This document shows positions 19,728 through 27,820 of a stretch of 64,000 nucleotides of DNA, one piece after another. The position numbers and the translations under genes are program-made. Numbering within the stretch: position 1 is the stretch's first letter; every line of letters starts with the position of its first letter. The notes beneath the pieces are model-generated. The model saw only the letters and a list, made by a program, of their open reading frames with translations, ran no database searches and had not been told where the DNA came from. The stretch is from Chromatiales bacterium (GTDB lineage Bacteria; Pseudomonadota; Gammaproteobacteria; Ectothiorhodospirales; Ectothiorhodospiraceae), in the NCBI GenBank assembly GCA_028695255.1, contig JAQVJI010000001.1, forward strand, positions 4,840 to 68,839, read 5' to 3'.

Positions 19728-22700
19728 GTGCGAAGACTGGCTCTGGGCTTGACCCTGCTGGGGTTGTTCCTGCTACCCGGATTGACCCAGGCACTGGGGC
19801 TCGGAAACATCGAGGTCAACTCGGCGCTCAATCAGCCGCTGCGGGCACAGATCGAACTCGTTTCCACGCGCCCCGACGAGTTGGTGGGGCTCGACGTCCG
19901 GCTGGCATCGGACGATCTGTTCACGCGCATGGGTATCGAGCGCGAGTTCTATCTCACCGAACTCGTTTTCACGCCCATCATCCGCCCCGATGGCGTCCCG
20001 GTCGTCCAGGTCACGACCAAGAGTCCCGTTCGCGAGCCGTTCCTGAATTTCCTCATCGAGGCCACCTGGCCGCGCGGCCGGCTGGTACGCGAATACACCC
20101 TTCTGCTCGACCCACCGGCTACCTTCGAGGAAGAGCTGCCGCCGCCGGTCGCCGTACCGGCGATCGTTCGCCGTCCGGCCGAACCACCCGCGAGTGAACC
20201 CTATTACGCGCCGCCGCCGCGACAGCCCGCTCCGGCGGCTCCCCGTGCCGCGGCACCCACGCGCAGCATCCCCGATACCTATCGAGTCGGTGGCGGGCAG
20301 ACGCTCTGGTCCATCGCCGAAGACGTGCGGCCGGATGCCGGCGTGACGATGAATCAGGTGATGATCGCGCTGCAACGCCTGAATCCGGAGGCCTTCGATC
20401 GCGGCAACATCAACCTCGTGCGCAGCGGCTATGTGTTGCGCGTGCCCTCGCGTGAGGAAATCTCCGCCGTTCCCGCCGCGCAGGCCCAGCGCGAGGTCCG
20501 GCAGCAGACGGCCCAATGGCGTGAGCTGAGGGCCGGCTTGGCTGCCCGCCCGGCGGCGGTACAGCCGACCGCGACACCCAGTCAGGCACTGGCGGCAGCG
20601 CCCGCGGAATCGGCGCCGCCCGTCACCGTGGCGCCTGCCTCGCCCGATGCGCCAGCGGCAGCGCCCGCGCCAGCCGATGCCCAACTCAAGATTCTCTCTG
20701 CGCCGACCGAAGATTCGGCCCGTGCCGCCGCCACCGCACGCGAGGAGGCCCAGCCTGCCGAAGTCGCGAAGATCGAGCAGGAACTGGCGCTCGCGCGCGA
20801 GACGGCGGAATCCCGTCGGGTCGAGAACGAAGAGTTGAGTGCGCGCGTCACCGAACTCGAGGGGCTCCTGGAGAAGAAGGACCAACTGCTCACGCTCGCG
20901 CAGGATCAGTTGGCGGATCTCGAAAAACGCATGGCGCGTCTCGAAGGCCGGGAGCCTGCGGCCGGATTCACGCCACCGGATCTGAGTCTCGACAGCTTGA
21001 TGGAGAATCCCAACCTGCTGCTGATGGCAGGTGGGATATTGCTGCTGGTGCTCCTGCTGGTGATGTTGCTGGTGCGTCGTCTGCGCAACCGTGGTTATGT
21101 CGAGAAGCTGGTCGAAGTCAAGAAGGCGAAAAAGGGAAAAGCGGAGAAGCAGGACAAGACGGGCAAGAAAGCAAAATGGTGGCGCAGGAAGAAGGGCGAG
21201 GAAGCACCGGAACCGGAGGCCGAAGAGGTCGCCGCTTCCGCCATGCTGGCTGGCGCGACCCACGGCCTGACCGTCAGCGAGTTGCCGTCGGAGGAGTACG
21301 ACCGCCCGACGCCACAGGCGATGACCGTGGAGAGCGCGCCCGAGCGGCCCGCCCCTGCGATGGAGGCGCCCGCTCCCGCCCCGGCAGCACCGGCGGCGCT
21401 TGCGGACGTGACGGCCGACACCGGCAAGGACGACGTGTTGACGGAGGCCGACGTCTATCTGGCCTACGGTCTCTATCAGCAGGCCGAGGGGTTGCTCAAG
21501 AACGCGATTGCGGAGGCCCCCGATCGTAACGACTATCGCCTCAAGCTGCTCGAAACCTGCTTTGCGACGCGGAACAAGGGAGCGTTCGATACCGCTGCGC
21601 AGGAGCTGTATGACGGCCTGCAGGGAGATACGTCCGATCCTTTGTGGGCGAAGGCCGAGGCGATGGGCCGGGAGCTGAGTCCGGAATCGGCGTTGTTCGG
21701 CGGCAAGGGTGGTATCCGGCCTGGCGTCAAGGCGGCGCCCGCCGTTGCGGCGGCAGTCGCGGCCTCGGCAGTCGCTGCGGGTACCGCGACCGAGCCCGAT
21801 CTCAGTGATGAGGATCTGGCGGACCTGAACTTCAGTCTCGACATCGAACCCGAGGCCGAGACCGAGACCGGCGCTGCGGCACCGCCCGCCGGCGATGGCG
21901 GTCTGGAGGAGCTGGATTTCGGCACCGACGACCAGATTGCGCGCCTGATGGACGAGAGTGGCCTCAGCGCCGAGACCACGTCCGCAGAGCCCGATTTCGA
22001 CATGGGTATGATCGAGGAACCGGAACCGCAGGTGGCCGCAAGCGAGGCCGGGACGCCGGCCCCGGCGGAAGATGACATCTTCGATTTCGACCTTGGTCAG
22101 GAAGAAGCCGCGCCGGCCGAACAGCCGGCAGTCGCCGAAGCGCCGCCGGAGATCGATCTCGGTGCGACCGAGCCTGCGGTCGGTGACGTCACCGGCGGTG
22201 AAGCCGAGGAACTTCCGTCTGAAAACCTTGAGGACTTCGAACTCGATTTCCTGAACGAGGCGGATGCCCTCTCGTCGTCGCAGGGCGTCACGACTTCGCT
22301 CGACGATCTCGATCTCGACGCCTTTCTCGAACAACCTGCGGGGCAGCCGGTGGAAACCGGTGCTGCTGATGAGCAGGCGCCACAGGAATCGGCTTTCGAC
22401 ACGGAAGCGGAGAGCCTGGAATCCATGCTCGACCTGGGCGACGTTGCCACGGAGACGGGGGGCGAGACGTCCTCCACGGTCGAGGCCGAGTCGCCGGCGC
22501 ACGATCCATTCGACATGGGCGATCTCGACATCTTCGACGAGCTGGCCGCCGAACCCGACTCCACCATCGAGCCTGCTGCGGAAGAAGAGCCGCTGCAGGA
22601 GGTCGATGACCTCGAATTCCTGAAGGAACTGGAAGAGGCCGCCGCAAAGGACGAGGCCGAAACGCTTCAGAATACCGGCGACATCGACGTGCTCGATTTC

Positions 22701-23144
22701 GGTTTCGTCGGTGAAGACGACGAGACCGAGACGGATGAAGCGACCGCGACCGACGTCGAGACCGAGGTGGCCGCGACCCAGGCCTTCGACGATTTCGATT
22801 TCGGCGAACTCGACAGCGGGGACGGCAACGCAGAGACGACAGAACCGAGTGCGGAACTGTCGGCGGGCGATATCGAGGATCTCGATTTCGATCTCGACAG
22901 TCTGGCCGGTACCGCGGACGACGATGCGCTGGAAGGCCTGTCGCTGGACTTCGAGAATGACCGTGGTGACGAGGGCATGCCGCTGAGCGGCGATGAGGTG
23001 GCGACCAAACTCGATCTCGCCAAGGCCTACATCGACATGGAAGATGCGGAGAGCGCCCGTGCGACGCTCGACGAGGTCATGCAGGAAGGCAATGAGGCGC
23101 AGCGGCGCGAGGCCGAGGAACTGCTGGGGCAGTTGAAAGGTTGA
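19728..23144 (+). CDS. fimV: FimV/HubP-family peptidoglycan-binding protein (type IV pilus assembly / polar organiser)
   Basis: GTG 19728 after ACGAGGA, with signal peptide VRRLALGLTLLGLFLLPGLTQA. Carries the FimV N-domain (LGNIEVNSALNQPLRAQIEL...REYTLLLDPP), a LysM (YRVGGGQTLWSIA...), one TM segment and a long acidic region. The FimV C-terminal motif is ATKLDLAKAYIDMEDAESARATLDEV. The asd-fimV-truA synteny is conserved. Confidence 0.9.
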   Translation: MRRLALGLTLLGLFLLPGLTQALGLGNIEVNSALNQPLRAQIELVSTRPDELVGLDVRLASDDLFTRMGIEREFYLTELVFTPIIRPDGVPVVQVTTKSPVREPFLNFLIEATWPRGRLVREYTLLLDPPATFEEELPPPVAVPAIVRRPAEPPASEPYYAPPPRQPAPAAPRAAAPTRSIPDTYRVGGGQTLWSIAEDVRPDAGVTMNQVMIALQRLNPEAFDRGNINLVRSGYVLRVPSREEISAVPAAQAQREVRQQTAQWRELRAGLAARPAAVQPTATPSQALAAAPAESAPPVTVAPASPDAPAAAPAPADAQLKILSAPTEDSARAAATAREEAQPAEVAKIEQELALARETAESRRVENEELSARVTELEGLLEKKDQLLTLAQDQLADLEKRMARLEGREPAAGFTPPDLSLDSLMENPNLLLMAGGILLLVLLLVMLLVRRLRNRGYVEKLVEVKKAKKGKAEKQDKTGKKAKWWRRKKGEEAPEPEAEEVAASAMLAGATHGLTVSELPSEEYDRPTPQAMTVESAPERPAPAMEAPAPAPAAPAALADVTADTGKDDVLTEADVYLAYGLYQQAEGLLKNAIAEAPDRNDYRLKLLETCFATRNKGAFDTAAQELYDGLQGDTSDPLWAKAEAMGRELSPESALFGGKGGIRPGVKAAPAVAAAVAASAVAAGTATEPDLSDEDLADLNFSLDIEPEAETETGAAAPPAGDGGLEELDFGTDDQIARLMDESGLSAETTSAEPDFDMGMIEEPEPQVAASEAGTPAPAEDDIFDFDLGQEEAAPAEQPAVAEAPPEIDLGATEPAVGDVTGGEAEELPSENLEDFELDFLNEADALSSSQGVTTSLDDLDLDAFLEQPAGQPVETGAADEQAPQESAFDTEAESLESMLDLGDVATETGGETSSTVEAESPAHDPFDMGDLDIFDELAAEPDSTIEPAAEEEPLQEVDDLEFLKELEEAAAKDEAETLQNTGDIDVLDFGFVGEDDETETDEATATDVETEVAATQAFDDFDFGELDSGDGNAETTEPSAELSAGDIEDLDFDLDSLAGTADDDALEGLSLDFENDRGDEGMPLSGDEVATKLDLAKAYIDMEDAESARATLDEVMQEGNEAQRREAEELLGQLKG

Positions 23145-23857
23145 TTCCTGGTTCCGAACCGACGGTCCGTCTGCATCCGGCCGTCCGCATCCTGAGTCTG
23201 GTCGCGTTCATTCTGTGTCTGGCAGGCGGCGGCTGGTCCGTGCTCGTCGCCGCAGCGCTGCTCGTCTCGCTGGCACTCGCCAGTCATGGCAGCGCCGCCT
23301 TCCGACGTTTCCTGCTGTTTTCCTGGCGCCTGCGCTGGTTCTTCCTCTCCATCCTCGTATTGTTCGGCTGGTTCACGCCCGGCACGCCGTTGTTCGAAGT
23401 CGGCGCGGCCATCGCGCCGTCGCGGGAAGGTCTCGTTCACGGCGCCGAGCGCGCCGCCGTCATCCTGCTCATCGTCGCGGGCGTGGTGTGGCTGCTGGAA
23501 ACCAGCACGCGCGAGGAACTCGTGCGCGGATTGCTCTGGCTCACCGCGCCATTGGCGCGTCTCGGTTTCCCGCATGAGCGATTCGCGGTGCGCCTGGCAT
23601 TGGTGCTGGCGGCGGTACCGGAATTGCGCGGGCTGGTGGATGCACGGGCCCGTCGCCCGATGGTTTCCGCTGGGAAACTGCAACGCTGGATGGATACGGC
23701 CGCCGCACTGTTCCGCGCGGCGCTGAGTCAGGCGGAGCGAGCGCCGCTCAGCGCGCTGGAACTGGCAACCGTCGTACCGCCGCGGACGGTGCACTGGCTG
23801 TTGGCAACGGCGTGCATCGGACCCCTGGCCCTGCTGGCCTGGTGGCGTCCGTTCTGA
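23141..23857 (+). CDS. hypothetical polytopic membrane protein (weak resemblance to the CbiQ/EcfT transmembrane component)
   Basis: 238 aa with about 5 hydrophobic segments. The TTG start overlaps the fimV stop (TTGA). The LLETSTREELVRGLLWLTAPLARLGFPHERFAVRLALVLAAVPEL segment recalls the EcfT coupling-helix region. No ATPase partner nearby. Confidence 0.45.
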   Translation: MIPGSEPTVRLHPAVRILSLVAFILCLAGGGWSVLVAAALLVSLALASHGSAAFRRFLLFSWRLRWFFLSILVLFGWFTPGTPLFEVGAAIAPSREGLVHGAERAAVILLIVAGVVWLLETSTREELVRGLLWLTAPLARLGFPHERFAVRLALVLAAVPELRGLVDARARRPMVSAGKLQRWMDTAAALFRAALSQAERAPLSALELATVVPPRTVHWLLATACIGPLALLAWWRPF

Positions 23858-23876
23858 CGGCGCTCGGGGATCGCAC

Positions 23877-24668
23877 ATGCGCATCGCGGCAGGTGTCGAA
23901 TACGACGGTTCCGGTTTCGCCGGCTGGCAGGTGCAGCGCGAGGGGCGCACCGTGCAGGCCTGCGTGGAGCAGGCGCTCGGCCGCGTCGCCGATCATCCGG
24001 TCCAGGTCGTCTGTGCCGGGCGTACCGATGCCGGCGTGCACGCCACCGGCCAGGTCATCCATTTCGACACCGAGGCCGCCCGCTCCGACCGTTCCTGGGT
24101 CCTCGGGGCGAATACCCATCTGCCGGGCGACGTGTGCCTCACCTGGGCGCGGCCGGTGCCCGAGGACTTCCATGCCCGTTTCTCCGCCCGCGCGCGTCGC
24201 TATCGTTATGTGATCCTCGATCGCTGGGTGCGCCCGGCCCTGCTGCGCGGCCGCGCTACCTGGTGTCATTACCCGCTGGACGTCGAACGCATGCAGATGG
24301 CGACGCGCCACCTGCTCGGCGAACACGATTTCAGCACCTTCCGCGCACTCGGCTGTCAGGCGAAGAGTCCGGTGCGCACCATTCACGAAATTGCCGTCAC
24401 GCGTGAAGGCGAGTTCGTATACCTCGACGTGAGGGCCAACGCCTTTCTGCATCACATGGTGCGTAACATCGCGGGTGTGTTGCTCGCCGTCGGCAAGGGC
24501 GAGCAGGCGCCGGACTGGGTGCCAGAACTGCTCGCGCACCGCGACCGGACGAAGGGCGGCGTCACCGCACCGCCGGACGGTCTCTACTTCGTGCAGGTGT
24601 ACTACGAAGCGTCGTTCGACATTCCGGCGGGCAGAGTGCCCTTGCATGTCCCGGTGCTGGACCGCTAG
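23877..24668 (+). CDS. truA: tRNA pseudouridine(38-40) synthase
   Basis: MRIAAGVEYDGSGFAGWQVQ...VVCAGRTDAGVHATGQVIHFDT...; the TruA catalytic Asp motif. Confidence 0.95.
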   Translation: MRIAAGVEYDGSGFAGWQVQREGRTVQACVEQALGRVADHPVQVVCAGRTDAGVHATGQVIHFDTEAARSDRSWVLGANTHLPGDVCLTWARPVPEDFHARFSARARRYRYVILDRWVRPALLRGRATWCHYPLDVERMQMATRHLLGEHDFSTFRALGCQAKSPVRTIHEIAVTREGEFVYLDVRANAFLHHMVRNIAGVLLAVGKGEQAPDWVPELLAHRDRTKGGVTAPPDGLYFVQVYYEASFDIPAGRVPLHVPVLDR

Positions 24669-24699
24669 GCTTGCCGTTCGTTTTCTTCAGGACCGCATC

Positions 24700-25350
24700 G
24701 TGTTCCGCACCCGCATCAAGATCTGCGGCATCACCCGCAGCGAGGACGCACTTGCCGCCTGCGAGGCCGGCGTCGATGCACTCGGCTTCGTGTTCTGGGC
24801 GCGCAGCAAGCGTGCCGTCACGCCCGACATGATCCGGCCGATCGTCGCCGAGTTGCCGCCCTTCATCTCCAGCGTCGGCCTGTTTCTCGATCCTGATGCG
24901 GACGAGGTAAAACGTGTGCTCGACGGGCTGCCGCTGTCGATGCTCCAGTTTCACGGCAACGAATCGCCGGCATTCTGTCGCCGGTTCGGCCGGCCCTATC
25001 TGAAGGCCGTCGGCATGGGCGGTCCGGACCCGCGTGCCTACGCGGCGCAATACCCGGATGCGGCGGGCATCATGCTGGACAGTCACGCACAGGGACAGGC
25101 CGGCGGTACCGGTGCCGCCTTCGACTGGCGGCAAACGCCGCACGATCTCGGACGGCCGCTGATTCTGGCCGGTGGCCTCATGCCCTCGAACGTGCGCGAA
25201 GCCGTGCGCATCGTGCGGCCGTGGGCGGTGGACGTGTCGAGTGGCGTGGAGCGCGCCCCGGGGATCAAGGACGCGCAGGCGATCCGTGATTTCGTGGCCG
25301 GAGTGCGAATGGCCGATGCGGATGCCTCGACTCGGGAACCGTCGCGCTGA
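24700..25350 (+). CDS. trpF: N-(5'-phosphoribosyl)anthranilate isomerase
   Basis: GTG 24700 is the first in-frame start after the truA stop. FRTRIKICGITRSEDALAACEAGVDALGFVF...LQFHGNESP...GGTGAAFDW...LAGGL...; TrpF pattern. Confidence 0.88.
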   Translation: MFRTRIKICGITRSEDALAACEAGVDALGFVFWARSKRAVTPDMIRPIVAELPPFISSVGLFLDPDADEVKRVLDGLPLSMLQFHGNESPAFCRRFGRPYLKAVGMGGPDPRAYAAQYPDAAGIMLDSHAQGQAGGTGAAFDWRQTPHDLGRPLILAGGLMPSNVREAVRIVRPWAVDVSSGVERAPGIKDAQAIRDFVAGVRMADADASTREPSR

Positions 25351-25366
25351 CTACCCGACGCATTTC

Positions 25367-26248
25367 ATGAACGATTCTTCTGAACGTCCCGCGCCCCGTC
25401 CTGCCGAACCCGTAAGCTCGTTGTTCGACGAGGCCCATGCCGCGCTGATGACGCCCGATCCGGCCAGCAAGTGCCGCATGGCCATCGCGCTGCGCGCGCG
25501 CTGGCAACAGGGGCGGGTGGCACGACTCGATGCGGCGGCGCCCGAGGTGATCGAGAAGCCGGGGCGTCCGCCGCGTCCAGAACTCGTCGATCCGCTGTCG
25601 GTACCGCGGCGGCGTGCGACGACGCCGGCCGGCCGCGCGGCACTGATCCATGCACTCGCGCACATCGAATTCAACGCCATCGATCTCGCATTGGACGCGG
25701 TGTATCGCTTTCGCGCGCTGCCCGATGCCTTCATCGACGACTGGTTGCAGGTGGCGGCCGAGGAGGCGCATCACTTCCATCTGCTGCGCGAACGTCTGCG
25801 CGCCCATGCCTGTGACTACGGCGATTTCGCGGCCCACAACGGCCTGTGGGAAATGGCGGTCAAGACCGCGCACGACCCGCTGCTGCGCATGGCCCTGGTG
25901 CCGCGCGTACTGGAGGCGCGCGGCCTGGACGTGACGCCGCAGATCATGCACAAACTGCATGCGGTCGGTGATGACGAGACGGTCGCCGCACTCGAAATCA
26001 TCCAGCGCGACGAGGTCGGGCACGTCGCCGCAGGGTCGCGCTGGTTCGTGTATCTGTGTCGTGAGCGCGGACTCGATCCACGCAGCACGTTTCGCGCATT
26101 GCTCGACGAACACATGCCGGGACGCATCAAGGCGCCGTTGCATCGCGCCGCACGCCTGCTGGCCGGTTTCGATGAAGAGGAACTGCGGGAGTTGGAGGCG
26201 CGTGCGGCGGCGGAGGCGGGGGGAGCCCCCGGTGGTTCAACACTATAA
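25367..26248 (+). CDS. DUF455-type ferritin-like (di-iron) protein
   Basis: ATG 25367 within the track ORF. Helical protein with carboxylate/His pairs: ALAHIEFNAIDLA, AAEEAHHFHLL, PRVLEARGLD and QRDEVGHVAAG. This arrangement matches what I recall for DUF455. Confidence 0.6.
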   Translation: MNDSSERPAPRPAEPVSSLFDEAHAALMTPDPASKCRMAIALRARWQQGRVARLDAAAPEVIEKPGRPPRPELVDPLSVPRRRATTPAGRAALIHALAHIEFNAIDLALDAVYRFRALPDAFIDDWLQVAAEEAHHFHLLRERLRAHACDYGDFAAHNGLWEMAVKTAHDPLLRMALVPRVLEARGLDVTPQIMHKLHAVGDDETVAALEIIQRDEVGHVAAGSRWFVYLCRERGLDPRSTFRALLDEHMPGRIKAPLHRAARLLAGFDEEELRELEARAAAEAGGAPGGSTL

Positions 26249-26255
26249 TCGTGCA

Positions 26256-27797
26256 ATGCGGCGCACGATCCTTCAGTTCGACTCCCGTCAGGCCTGCGGT
26301 CTCGGTCTCGTCTGTGCGATGGCCACATGCTGGAACACGGCGGCATTCGCGGAGGTGAGCGAGCACACCGCGATGCTGCGCATCACGGCGGAGGAGTTGA
26401 CGCTGCCAGACCGCGAGTCGATGGGCCTCGCCGGCGTGAGCTATCTGCTCACACTCGACAACGGGTTCTACGGCGGCATCGGTGCCTACGGCGCCGTGAC
26501 CGGACGGCGTGGCGGTTTCTTCACCGGTGGACTCGAGGGTGGTGCGCAGATGCACCTGGGGCGGCATCTGGCGCTGGACGCCGGCATGTTCGTCGGCGGC
26601 GGTGGCGGAGGTGCCGCGCCGCAGGGCGGCGGGCTGATGCTGCGTCCTCATCTCGGACTGGCTCTGGACACCGCCTCCGGGCTGTTCGGCGTGCAGCTCA
26701 GTCAGGTGCATTTTCCCGGCGGCGACATCGACAGCGCCCAGTTCGGGCTTTCCTACGCGTATCCCTTGACGCCGCTGTTCGGTGGCGGCTGGTCCGGCGA
26801 CCCGCCGGCGGTTTTCGGCGGGGACGCTTCGGGCGACTATGGTCGTGTCGGACACGATCTCGTGTTCCAGATGCTGACCTATCGACCGCCGTCCGATACC
26901 CGCAATACCGCCGGCGCCGTGCAGGACGATCCCATGAGCCTGGTCGGCGTGCAATGGAATCGCGATCTCGGCCGACATGCCTTCGTCAACGTGGCCGCGG
27001 CGGGTGCCGTGGCGGGACAGAGCGACGGCTATGCCCAGGTTTTGTTCGGGGCCGGTCTGCGTGCTGAGCTCGCGCATGCCGATGTGCTGAGTGTCGAACT
27101 GGACGTCGGTGCGGGCGGTGGCGGTGGCGTGGATACGGGCGGGGGTGCGCTGGCGGCTGCCGTCCTGCGTTTCGAGCACCGTTTCCGGAACGGTCTGTCG
27201 GTGGGCGCCTACGGCGGTTATCTCGATGCACCCGATGGCGATTTCGAGGCATCGATGGGTGGGATCGGTCTCGGCTACCACTATGGCTCGCCCGCGCGCG
27301 GTGCATCGTCATCCGGCACGCGCTACCGGCCGCGCCACTGGCGCCTGCGGGTCAGCCATCAGAGCGCCGATCCCGATGCCGGCGTCCGGCGCAGGGGCGG
27401 CCGGCCCGACGAGCGCGTCGACCTGATCGGCATACAGATCGACGCCATGCTGAACCAGCGTTTCTATCTCACCGGACAGGCCTACGGCGCCTACGACGGC
27501 AACGCCGGTGGTTACGCCGCGGGACTCGTCGGGGCAGGTGCCATCGTTCCGCTGCGGGAAGATGCAAGGCTGTTCCTGAGCCCCGAACTGACCGTGGGCG
27601 CGGCCGGTGGCGGCGGCATCGACGTCGGCGACGGGCTCATCGGCCAGGCGAGGCTCGGCATCGGCTGGCGGCTCGGACGCAATACCGCGCTGATGTTTTC
27701 CGCCGGTCGGATGATCGCGCCGGAGGGCGACTATCGGGCGAACCTGTTCGAGCTGGGGCTGGCCTATCGCTTCTCGACCCTCGAAGCGGTCGACTGA
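26256..27797 (+). CDS. glycine-rich secreted protein with three tandem beta-barrel-like repeats of about 150 aa (putative outer-membrane protein)
   Basis: ATG 26256, with signal-like N-terminus ...LVCAMATCWNTAAFA. There are three modules, each with a poly-Gly core (aa 113-119, 285-291, 448-454). Each ends in an aromatic strand: FGLSYAY, IGLGYHY, LGLAYRF. No family recognised. Confidence 0.6.
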   Translation: MRRTILQFDSRQACGLGLVCAMATCWNTAAFAEVSEHTAMLRITAEELTLPDRESMGLAGVSYLLTLDNGFYGGIGAYGAVTGRRGGFFTGGLEGGAQMHLGRHLALDAGMFVGGGGGGAAPQGGGLMLRPHLGLALDTASGLFGVQLSQVHFPGGDIDSAQFGLSYAYPLTPLFGGGWSGDPPAVFGGDASGDYGRVGHDLVFQMLTYRPPSDTRNTAGAVQDDPMSLVGVQWNRDLGRHAFVNVAAAGAVAGQSDGYAQVLFGAGLRAELAHADVLSVELDVGAGGGGGVDTGGGALAAAVLRFEHRFRNGLSVGAYGGYLDAPDGDFEASMGGIGLGYHYGSPARGASSSGTRYRPRHWRLRVSHQSADPDAGVRRRGGRPDERVDLIGIQIDAMLNQRFYLTGQAYGAYDGNAGGYAAGLVGAGAIVPLREDARLFLSPELTVGAAGGGGIDVGDGLIGQARLGIGWRLGRNTALMFSAGRMIAPEGDYRANLFELGLAYRFSTLEAVD

Positions 27798-27820
27798 CGC
27801 CTCGCCGGCCGCCTTCCGGG

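Noticed and set aside
19773-22502. 909-aa minus-strand ORF antisense to fimV
   Set aside because: It is a mirror of the acidic, Ala/Pro-rich fimV coding sequence and gives Arg/Gly-rich nonsense with no motifs.
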